A stretch of DNA of 64,000 bases from Geosiphon pyriformis uo1 (lineage: Eukaryota > Fungi > Glomeromycota), in the NCBI GenBank assembly GCA_016748015.1, contig JAAOMT010000128.1, positions 131,538 through 195,537 of the forward strand. Direction: 5' to 3'. Both the position numbers and the translations under genes were made by a program. Of this stretch, positions 52,401 to 64,000 are shown in pieces. The number at the start of each line of letters is the position of its first letter. Position 1 is the first letter of the stretch. Under the pieces are notes generated by a model. That model searched no databases. It saw only the letters and a program-made list of their open reading frames with translations, and was not told the origin of the DNA.

Positions 52401-55400
52401 CAAAAGGATATAAGAAAAGCAATTAAGAAATACAAAATAATAACAAATTTAAGTCTAACACAGAATCTCATTAGGCCAAATATAAATCAAGTAATTTCTT
52501 ACAAATACCAGAGTTCATTATGTACATAAAAAAATAATTAAAAAGCTTAACCTTCTTATATTATAAACATAATATACTAAAATACTTTTTATTATATAAG
52601 TGTTTTTAAACAACAATTGGCAAATAATAATACAAAGCTTTTATAAAATATAAATGCAAATTAGTAGTAGATTTATTTATAAAGCCAAATATTATATGTA
52701 AGTTAAAATGTCAAACCAAAGAAATTTAAACCCAATCTATATTCTTAATCAAATTTTTATAAATAACATTAAAACCAAACTCAACTTCTTAATAAGCACA
52801 ATAAATAGCTCTAAATACATTATGAATAAAATATTAAACATTCTCAGATATTGTTATCTTATCAGTCTTAATACATTTTTTTTTAATAAGAACAAAAGTA
52901 ACAAATTTAAACATAAAGCTACATTAGCCAGCACATCAGCATATTTATTATCCAAAACTTTTAAATAATTTTTAACTTTGATTTAGAAAACAGCAAGTAC
53001 TTTATATTTAATAGAGTTTATAATATTACATCTCTCAATCCAACAGTAATTATAGAAGTTAAGTAAAACCATATCCAATTCTATAATATATACATCTAAA
53101 GTGATTTAACTATTTAAATACATCATGACATTACTAAAAACTAAAACACACTTCAAGATTAGAACAATTGTCTATAATTTTGTTATTGTAGAAGATACTA
53201 AATTATCAACTTTAATGCTAATACTTAGATTTAAGTTAGCAAAAAATGCAGCTATATTACATTTCATCTCATATATATCCAAGTTTTTTAAAGACTTTTC
53301 TGTATAAATATTGATAATATTCAAATCAGCACCAAAAAGATATTGCCTTACTATAGAAAAATTACTGATACCAAAAACATTTAAAAACTGAGATTTATTG
53401 ATAAGTAGCTGGGCAGCAAAATGAAAAGTAGAATTGACTAAGTAATTATATGTTAACTTAAACCAAGCAAAAACTAGGCTTTTAAGATTAAGTCTTTTTC
53501 AATAACAAAAACTCTTTTAATCAAAAACTAACTCTTTCTTATTATATAATTGTTTAACAAAAACAATATTAAATCTCTTAAATAAGCAAAAAACATTATG
53601 AAACAATGTATTTTTCAAAACAAAAAACATAGGAGTACTACCAAAAAACAAAAATACAAAGGACAAAATATCAGTAAGAAAAATATTATAATCCAAAAAA
53701 ATTTTTACCACACCAGCCAGAAAATTGTTAATTAGACTAATTTTTAACTTTACAGGATTTTACAAAAAATAAATAGAAAACCAACTTAAAATTTGCAAAT
53801 CTAAAGATTTATAATCAAACAAATAAGTAAAAATCTTATCAGCATTTAAAAAACTTAATACAGAAGCCAATTTACTCTCTGTTTGTATTTGTTCAAATGA
53901 TTTAAAGCCATATAAAGATAGATAATAAAAAACTTTATTGAAAAAATTCTTTGGCAAATTAACTTTTATCTTTAAACTCTTTTTAATTAGCATATCTTAT
54001 TTGTTGTATATACTTTTAAAAACAAAACTAAACTGGATTTTGTAACTAACAATAAGTTGAAATACAGCCAAAACCAAATAAAAAAACTGCTTGTTTATAA
54101 TAGCTTTTTTTAAGATCATGTTGGCAAAAAATTTGACATCTAAATGAGTTTTCTTTAAATTAAATTTGGATAAACTCTTAGAAAACAAAAAAATACCAAA
54201 ATATTTACAAGATTTCCCATTTTATGCTATAGATATTAGCAGACTATTTATCAATAATAAAACATCCCTAGCTTTTTGGTTAATAGAAATGGCTACTATT
54301 TTCTTATTGTTAATTGAAATGTTATTAATACTAAAAAACTTACTTGTAATATTCAAAATATATTGAATAATAGCTTAATTATTTCTTATTCAAATTATGT
54401 TATTAATAAAAACATTAGCTGTCAGATATAAAGTCAATTCATCTTGGTTTTTTATCTTGCCAATTTTGGCTACAAACTTAGTGTTTTTACAATAACTGTA
54501 CAAGTTTTTATGTCTTTTAATCTTATACAGAAAAAAATTATAGAAAATTTTTTAAAACAGAGAGAAGAAAACTTTATCTTAGTCCAGTTTATTATATATT
54601 GATATCTATTAGTTAACCCATAATTAATTATAATCTGATTAATTTTACCATTGTGAATACAGTGAATGCTCTCTATAATTCTTCTGGTTATAGTCACTAT
54701 CTTCTTATAATCACATTTTTTTAAAAACCAAAACTATTTATATATAATATTATCTCCTTATAGTCACTTTTACTATATATATCTCCTTATAGTTCCTATT
54801 TCCACAAATATAATAGCAGAATATAAGTAATTTCCACTCTCTATAGTTACACTATAATCATATAATATTAAATATAAACATCAAATGTTATCTCATATTT
54901 AATCAGACATGTATAATTAGGGAAATTTTCCGATTTGTCAATGGAAATCATTTTTTTTATGGTAGTAAAAAAAATTAGAGAAGTTTCTAAAAACGATTGT
55001 AGAATACTAAACAAAATTTCTAAAATATTACAATATTCAATTACTTTTCTTCTTTATAAGCTGCCACTGCCATCAGAAAACAATAACAGAACTATTATAT
55101 CTGACTTGTTATTTGCAGGTATTATAAAAGTTTTAATAATAGTTAACATATAGTACAGTACTGCTGCTTTTGGTGCTTTAGAGACTGGTGATGTTTCAGA
55201 AACTGGTAGTGCTTTGGAAACTGTTGCTGTAGATATTGATGAAGTTACTCTGAATCAAATTTTGGCTAACAAGATTACTTTTTCTCCATATTGGGAGAAA
55301 AAATTAATAGACCTACAAGTGAGAATAATGGCTCAATGAGATTTTCTGAGAACAAGTTTGTTAATGAGACATTGCTCAAGCAAATCAACTAGGAATGAAG

Positions 55401-55789
55401 TTCAAATTTATCTTTCTTTGATCAGTAATAAAACTTAGAGCATAAGGATTCTGATATATATCCAATAAATACATTTTTACACCAACTTTGGCATCCGCAA
55501 TTAAAAAAAAACTTTATATTAGCAATCATATTTATTATTTGACCAATATTTAGTATTAGCAAGCAAAAGTTTGACTAATAGTTTTAAAAATGTATTAAAA
55601 ATTAACTTTTTTGGAGCAAATAAATCCATGTTGAATGTTTTTCATAATTCAAACATAATCATGCAAAATGAAGATTCAAATCTAGACTCAATATATCATG
55701 TTTTAAAAATTTCAATTATAAATGATAATGCACCCAATTCAACATAAACAAAACTGTACACAATACAATATATTTCTAACTTTTTGAAG

Positions 55790-57280
55790 GATATTTATTA
55801 GGCTGTCACACAATTAACTTGATAAGCTTCGAAAACATGATCACTTAAAAAAGGTATTAGAGAGTTAATAATAGATAATAGTTGTAATTTTATTAACAGA
55901 TTTATATTTTTTGATGATCTGCTTTTTTATTTGTTACTGAAATTGGTTTCTAAGTATCTAACAATATTTTTTAATTCATCTTGCTTTAAAAAAATCTATT
56001 CTTTTCATCTATGCAATTTTACTGAATTTTTTTATTTCTTTGTTTAATATTTATTCATGGTCAATATCACAAAAAACATGATTAGAGACATTTGAATTTA
56101 CAAACTGTGTCTTTTTTATCTGAACTCAAAATTGATTTGATTCAGCAATAAAGTTAGGACGTATATGAGACCTGTATATTTCACTTTTAGAATATTTGAT
56201 GACATTAAAGAGATTAGTATGCAATCTCTTAAATTTGATACAGTTATGTATTGCAATTTCCCAATGCCATTGTAAAAATATAGAAGAAATTAACAATTTG
56301 AACATTTTGTTAATTTCTTTAAGTATTGTATCATGGCCTTAATGTTGATTTGAAAGTTTAGATCAAAAAATTACAATTCTTTCTTGAATCAGCTTGCAAA
56401 CTTCAGGCTTTAATTGTAGCCATTGTTCTTCATCAGCAATTTCAATTAATTGGTAAATAGAATGGTGCCGAGTAAACCAAATTGGTATAAACATTCATCT
56501 AGCCACAAGTCTTAATGAAGACCTATTAAAACAAACTTCAATACAAAAGTTAATAATTGCTTGTAAATAAAAAAAGACTTGTTCATACTTTAATCTGAAC
56601 ATGAGATCTGTTTCATTTTGGGTCCATTCTAAGTAATCTTCAACAAATAGATTTTTCTTAAAAACAACATATGGCTACATTAATTCAGATGCCATTGCAT
56701 GCCTATATATATTACATATCAAATCTCACAACTTATGATGATCAGGACATTTTTTAAAAAACTGCAGTTGACTTTCACTTTGATATCTCTGACATTTTGC
56801 AAAGTATTTTATATTGATATTCTAATTGATATAAGCGTTGCTGTGTTTGGGGGGCTTAATAATATGACATTGTGCTATTTTCTATGTAATTATGCAAGTA
56901 TATGAAGGATCAAATTGACAGCCTTCATTATTGATCATCAGTTGGGGGTAAGAGACAAAAAGTGTCACAAATGCTGTTATCGGAGGTTTTTGGTTTCTTT
57001 TCTTAAATGTTATTAATGTCTGTTTGTTTTAAATTCATGTTTTCTAGAAGTAGTTGAACTTCCAATAACTGAATTTATCTTCAAATTATCTTCTATAATT
57101 TGAACTGCTGGGCTTATAAGTGGAATGGCCAATTCTATGCCAGTTGCTTTGTATAGTTACATTGTAGTAAATATTAACTCTTTCCCAGGAATTGCTTGTC
57201 TAGAAGCTTACTAAAAATGTGTAGTTACTTTGCTGTAAAAGTCAACTTTTTTACAAGAATCTTGTTTGTAGGCTACCCTA
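55790..57280 (-). pseudogene. Cargo gene fragment, possibly an Academ-like transposase
   Basis: Reads FAKCQRYQSESQLQFFKKCPDHHKL*D..YLEW..YLQAIINF..IWFTRHHSIYQLIEIADEEQ..NQH*GHDTILKEINK in one frame. Family assignment is from recollection only. Confidence 0.5.
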
Positions 57281-58179
57281 ATAATTTGTAATAAGAAAAT
57301 AAAAGAAAAATAAAAGAAATGTAAAAGAAATAGAATTTTATCAAGAGAAACGTTTTCTATCCAGACCTGGAATCACTAACAGTTTATTGAAATTGGTAGC
57401 TAATCAATTTCAAAACGTTAGTTGTGTTGAGAGAATTTCAAGTATAATAATTTAAGGATTTGGTTTTCGAATATTTAATTTTTATTTAATTTTGTAAAAA
57501 AAAGTGATTTGTTCTAATTAAGATATCTAGAGTAAGATACTATGGTAAGATATGAAAAGGATCTGGAAAAAATACATTTTCTTAAAGAGAGAAGCTCTTC
57601 TTTTATACAATTTGTTGTAGTACTAGTCTTTGAACTTGCACTTTTCTTTTTGCTACAATTTGGGTGAACTAAAGATACATTTTGGCAAATTTACAAGTTA
57701 TTTTACTGAACTATTGATTATTTCAGCGAATTTTAATTATGTTAAATGGTTCAGGATATTGTGTAATTTGATCATCTTAATTTCTAAAGTACAAATCGAA
57801 TTATTGATTAAGTAATAATATTTGATAATTTGGCTAATTTAATAAGTGATAATCGAAATAATAATAATATGCTAACTAATAATAGGAATTATGAAGATAA
57901 TTTCGTGTTAATTAATAGCTAAAATTCCACTAGTAACAATGCATTATCAAAATTAGGTTTTTTTTTACCAAGAATCTGTTATTTGTACTTAGAATCCTAC
58001 AATTGAATTAAAATCTTTATTTTTATAATTTGGCCACTTTTTATAATCTGAGGCATCTCATATAACATGAAACATCTTACATGTCCGATTAAATATAAGA
58101 CAAAATAATGTTTGAGACATAACAGATATATCAATGCATTATAAAAGCAAAATACAATAAAAAGTGTGTTCTTATTAAC

Positions 58180-59736
58180 ATGCCAAAAAACGTGAACCAA
58201 AAGTGAACAGCAATCTCCTTGAAAACTAAAAAGGCTCTTTGCTAATACAAACTAGAGCATCCTGACTACTTAGCAAATAGACTTATCAAAATATTTAATC
58301 TAAAGGTTGACCATTCCACTGTAACAAAGATACTTGCAAAATCAGACCAATGGATTGAAAAGAATATATCTGACAACTCTGGTCAATTGACAAAGAACAG
58401 GAAAGAAATGTTTCTGAAGATAAATGATGTACTGAGAGAATGAATGCTTGGAACACTAGCTACTAACTGTATTCTTACTAGAAAAATTTTACAAATGAAA
58501 GCCCTCAAGTTTGCTGAAAAGTTTCCAGAAGAAAATAACTTTAAAGCATCAGATAGTTGGTTAGAAAAGTTCAAAAAACATTATAATTTGCACCACATTA
58601 AGATGCATGGTGAAGCAAACAGTATTCCTTGGAAATTTTACCAAAGGAATAAGAGAAATTGCATGAGATTATCAGCAAATATAATCTAAATAATGTTTAC
58701 AATGCCGATGAGACAACATTATTCTTTAGAATGCCACCAAATGCAACTTTGGCAACAAGATCTATCTCTGGCACCAAGTGTAATAAGAGTTAAATTATCA
58801 TACTTCTTGCTTGTAATGCAATAGGCAGCATCAAGTTGTAGCCTTTAATTATCAGCAAAGCCATAAAGTCATGATGTTTTTGCAATATTAATATAAATGC
58901 ACTTCTAATCATTTATCATTACAATACAAAAGCATGGATGTGAATCGATATTTTTAGTAAATGGCTTAATTTATTAAATGAAGAAATACATCACAAAAAA
59001 AAAAGATTTTGTTTTGCTTGATAATACTGGTCTCCATGGTAGAGAACCTTCCATATTATCTAATATTATGATTAGATACCTATCATCCAATACAACATCC
59101 CATTTGCAACCATTAGATGCAAGAATTATTGCATTCTTTAAGGCACAATACTGAAAGTTGTTTCTTTTTCATCTTATTAATTAATATGATAACAAAATTC
59201 CAATATTAACAGTAATATTAAAGGATATAGTTGACTTTCTAATTGATGTGTGGTCAATAATAACAACAACTACAATCCAAAACTGTTGGTGTCATACAGG
59301 AATTCTGAATAATAGTCAAATGCCAGCCCATTTATTAGATATTGAACAAGAACTCCTACAAAAAGTACAAGTTCTTATTGAGCATATTGATATTGACAAG
59401 CTATTGGCAATAGACTCTATTAATATTGACAAGTTTGAACCATTATTTACTTATGCCTCAGAGAATGAAATTGTGGATCTTATTAATAACAAGTATAGTA
59501 GAAATTCTAATGCAAATGAAGATTTAGAAAGTAAAGATAAAAATAAACCTTTGTCTTTGTTATCTACACATTAAAGTAAAACTGTACTTAAAGATACATT
59601 GTGTTATTGTGAAGAGCAGTATAATAAAAAAGTTGATTCAAACTTTTTTAAAACTTTGAAAATATTAATTTGTAATACTGTTCTCAAAGTTCAAGAAGAG
59701 AAAAAACAGTTGCAAATAGATAGCTTTTTTAAATAA
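58180..59736 (+). pseudogene. pogo/CENP-B-like DDD transposase
   Basis: HTH region, FKASDSWLEKFKKHYNL..HGEA, YNADET, LLDN..H, LQPLD; C-terminal PIP-box-like QLQIDSFFK*. Confidence 0.92.
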
Positions 59737-62700
59737 AATATATATAATTGGTTATTATATTATACATGTGATATATAGATCATGTAATAAGATATTAATC
59801 ATTTTTTATAGTCTTATCTCTCTATAGTTATCACAAATGTGCTGACCAAAAGGTGTGATTATAAAAAGAGTTCACTGTACTATTAAAGAATCTAATAAAT
59901 TACTTACATATTTTAATTTGAATTAAACTATTTTTCAAATAATGCCAACTAATAGAGTTATATGTTTTTTATATATTTTGTAAAATCAGCCAAAGTTTAC
60001 AATCTTTTTCTAAAGTATTTTTAATTACTAAGCCAACTACAAAAATAAAAAACTGGATAGTAATGCTTTTTAATACAAAAAAGTTGTTATCATAAAAAAC
60101 ATCAAATTTACTACAGACCAAGAAAATTCTATCAAAAAAATCTTAAAAAGAATCTTATAAGTAGTTTTAATTAAAGCAATTGGTTTGGTATTAATTAAAA
60201 TACTTTTCTACTTATAAGATTTAGGAATTATTAACATCTAAGCTTTTTTTTAAGATTAAGATACAGATTTATATACCAAACAAAAATTCAAAAAATTCAG
60301 AAGTATAACAAAAACTAAACTATTACAATGTTTTCAAAGCTTATTTATAATACTTAACAAACCAGTAGTCTTTTTATTAGGCAGATTTTTAATTATATAT
60401 ATTAAATCATTATAATTAATAGCACTTATAACATTGGAAAAAGCAATATTATTAACATAAACCAACAGCAAATATTAATAATATCACAGATAAGAAACAC
60501 TATTTAACACCAATTTTTTCTTTGTCCAATCTTCCATAATTATATTAACTTTAGATTTAATTTTACCAAGATTCAGAACCAATTTATTATTAATAACCAA
60601 ATAATTTAATACAATTTTTTAAAAAAAACACTCTAAAACACTCTTGATTATGTAATTCTTATTAATAGCAAAGCTCTCTATATATTTGTTAATAGCAGAT
60701 CTGATAAGTAACTCTTCAGTCCTTAGAAATTTAGCAAGTTTGAAAGTGCAATATGATTTTCTTATTTTAAAAAAAAATTTTATAAAATTAAAATCAGAAT
60801 CAGAGTCCAACAATATTTGAATACTTAAAATATTGTTATTATCCAAAAACATCTAATAACTTATTAGAAAATTAAACTTATTGTCAGTTTTGTTATGTAA
60901 AAATTTGACAATTTTTGACACCAACAATTCCAATTTATGAAACCTAAAAGATTCCTTAGTAAAGACATTATTAAAACTTTTGAACTATTTTTTTTGAATA
61001 CTTTATTAGCTAATAAACTTACTATTTTATAAATGATATCTTATATTATATTCATATCTAAGAAATTTTTAGATGCAGCAAACTTATTAAAAAATATAGT
61101 AGTATTAATCATTATAGCATTTTTGAATCTGTTTTATTTAGTATTATTGGCATTTTTAAAATCAAACTTTTAGTAATTTTTATTTGTCAACTTACAAAAA
61201 AAAGTCAAATGTGTATTCAACAAACCACCCAAATTTACAAAAATAAAGACTGTTTAAAAATTAGTGTCAAAGTGCTTTCTAACATCCAGAATATTATGAT
61301 TTACTATTGTATTAATTAAATTTAAAAAGACAAATATAAAATCAATTAGCACTCTTAAAATTATTTTATGTTGAAATTTTTGCAATCAAGCTTCCTACTA
61401 AAGAATTAACCAGTTTTAGATCAAGACATTTTTTGAAGCTAACACACTTATAAAAATTATTTTTATTGAAATTATTCTCTAAAATTACAAATAAAGTTTT
61501 ATTTACAGCTTTAGCAATTAGTAAATTGATTTTTCTAGCTTGAACCAAACATGTTATTAAAATAGTACCAGTATACAGCCCCAAAATTAACACAGAGAGT
61601 TTATTCTTAAAAAATAGCTTAATAAACAAAAGCTTATTAGTAATCTTTGAAATTTTGTATATATGTTTTGTCAAATTATGATAATTGTAACACCAAAACC
61701 CAAGTAACTAAACTCCAAACCAAACATAAACACTCAAATGTCATCAAATTTGTTTATATTCTATAAACAAATCTTACCTTTCAATTTTGTTTTAGTAATG
61801 ATGAAAATCAAATTATTTATTTTTTTATGCCAATAAATAATATTCTTTTGCTTAGCAGAATTGTTTATATCCTTAATATTATATGTGACAATCTTTTAAA
61901 TCAAATTAGTCATTGTTAGAAAATAGTGTTTAAACTCAAAATTTTGTTATCTACTTTGGCCAACAGATTCATAAATATGTCTAATAAATTGTTCATTTTT
62001 TTTCAAACTTTTTAATGACTAATGAATTCAAAATCTCTGCTTAAACAACAGTTTTGTTATTAGTAACTTTATTTAAATTCTTATTTATTACTATATTCAT
62101 CTTTTAATTCTGTGATAAAGAAGTTATTAATAGCTGGCATCTAAGACTACACTAACAAATTATTGGTTTAAATGCATCCAACTTCTTAGTTAACTTATTA
62201 ACTTGTTCTATAAGATTGTTAAAACTGTGTTTAAAAGCAGCAAACCTATTATTTACTTTCAAAGAAACCAATAAAGAAGGTTTAATATTTAAAAATAAAT
62301 TAGCATCAAAAAAAACCAAAGATATTATACAAAAAGCAAAACCACCAATAATTTAAACCTAAGTTTTTTCACTAAATGAGACTGGTCAAACAATTGGTAC
62401 CTGTTTTTTATATATATATTTGCCAAGCAAATTTTATCCTAAATATTAATTATCTTCTTAATATGATCACCCAAATTTTTACTTTCTAAACAAGTATAAA
62501 AACATGACTGAATTGTTTATACTAAGCACAACAAGCCAAAAAAAGACCAGATCAATGCAAATTTTCATTTTTAAAAACTAAAATAGAGTTAATGACAGCT
62601 TTTTTTAATGTTTTATTAGTAAAACAAACTACAATATATCTATTACATGTATAAAAAACTGAATTATAATCAATAAAACAAGTTTTTTTATTATATAATT

Positions 62701-63612
62701 CTAACAAATCAAAAAAATAATAAGCAGTAGTACCAATTAGCAAAATATATAATAAAGCCTAATGTAAATCCCTAAATATCCATATTTGTTTGTCATTAAT
62801 AGTCTTAGTTATACAAATAAAAACTTTTTCTATAAGCACAAATCATTAAAAAATGACCAAATTTGCAACTTTTAATAATTCAAATTCCACTAAAATTTTT
62901 TGCCAAAAACCAATAAATTACAATCTAATTGATGTAATTTTACTAAATTTAGAAAAAACTAATTCTACAGCCAATTTAAAAAGATTAACTGGAATTTTTT
63001 TGACTATTACTTTTCGATCTATATGTTTGTTTGCCATTTTTATATCATTATTAACTAAAATTTTTTTACTGATTGTCAACTTCTTAGTCTTTTTTAAACT
63101 AAGCTTAGATGTAAAAGATAATCTAATTATTTCAAGAAACCTTGAGAGAATTAATGTTCTCCTAAAACTATTAACACAATAAAAAATTTTTTTTATTACT
63201 AATAATTTATTATCAGAAGATTTTTTGAACACAGCAGAAAGTTTAATATTCAATATAAATAACTTTGTCAAATTAAAACTTTGTTTTTCTAAAATATGTA
63301 ACTTAATTAATAAGAGTTGTTTAGAACTATTAAACTTAAGTAATAGAAATATTAAAATGTTTTTACCATTGTTTAAATCCACAAATAAAAAATTTTTTAG
63401 TGGTTAATCCAATATATATATTTGAATAAAAGTTTTTTATAGTATAATATTGTCCATATTATTATTGACTACCAAAGTATCTGAATCTGTATAGTTAGTT
63501 TTTTCAACAACTATGTTTTTCATATTTTTTATGTTTAATAAACTACTAATATTACTGGCTTTATTGCTAATTTTACTATTTTAGGATACTACAGACTTTT
63601 TGTTAAAAACAC

Positions 63613-64000
63613 TGTTACTCATAGAACATAGGAAGTATATTAGCATATAAATTAGCCAATCAGAAATAGCTATAGTAAATATGGAATTCCAGAATTTCTC
63701 TCAAGAGGAATTGCAGAATTCCAGAAATTTCAGGATTCTTGCACAAAAAATTACAGGATTCCAGAATTCCAGAATTCCAGGATTCTACTAAAAAGGAATT
63801 GCAGAATTCCAGGATTCCTGGTGTGAAAAATTAAGGAATTAAGAAATCTCAATTATGTATATATAGCAGTAGTGTTAGAAGTAAAAAAGACAGATCTCTC
63901 AGTTTAGATTTGATTTAAGCAATCTTCCATTCACAAATATTAATAAATATTTATTCTTTATCTCCAATTCACTTTCTACTATCAACATGAAGTGTTGATA
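63613..64000 (+). repeat. LTR of the C family, truncated by the window end
   Basis: TGTTACTCATAGAACATAGG..., same U3 array and TATA as 38552. Confidence 0.93.

Larger units (their letters stand above)
54660..59877 (+). mobile_element. pogo/Tigger-type DNA transposon, 5.2 kb, TA TSD, with cargo
   Basis: Ends CAGTGAATGCTCTCTATAAT / ATTATAAAAAGAGTTCACTG. TA at 54658-54659 and 59878-59879. The LINE frame (FFNSIHNG) rejoins across it. Subterminal CTTATAGTCAC-like repeats. Confidence 0.9.
51885..63612 (-). mobile_element. LINE 4, very degenerate, with (TAA)n tail; interrupted by pogo and cut at the 5' side by an LTR
   Basis: (TTA)n at about 51886-51911; RNase H/RT 52700-54657 and 59880-60500; APE 61250-61913; ORF1 61910-63612. 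Confidence 0.85.

Overview
Eukaryotic, very AT-rich fungal DNA. Intron style and repeat families suggest a Glomeromycotina fungus such as Geosiphon; this is inference only. A ~9 kb CpG-retaining gene island (~21.6-30.6 kb) holds three intact minus-strand spliced genes: an SR-rich cyclophilin (PPIG-like), BSD2/NDFIP-like, and eEF1B-gamma with an intronic snR38 snoRNA. It also holds a 1.15 kb TIR element carrying a USP-like protease remnant. Everything else is nested, dead transposons. There are four same-orientation RNase H-type LINE pieces. Two Ty3/Gypsy families are inserted into them (A/C with dUTPase; B nested in A's 5' LTR), along with a solo LTR and a 5.2 kb cargo-carrying pogo element. 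Main leads: (1) both Gypsy families carry an apparently homologous ~210-aa non-env ORF3, with its own TATA, between integrase and PPT; (2) the repeats show near-pure C>T/G>A hypermutation extending beyond CpG (about 76 differences, 2 transversions, no indels between the two 675-bp B LTRs by manual count); (3) a U5 hairpin sequesters the tRNA-Met PBS; (4) dUTPase and Cys-rich inserts lie between protease and RT. All alignments and counts were done by eye.
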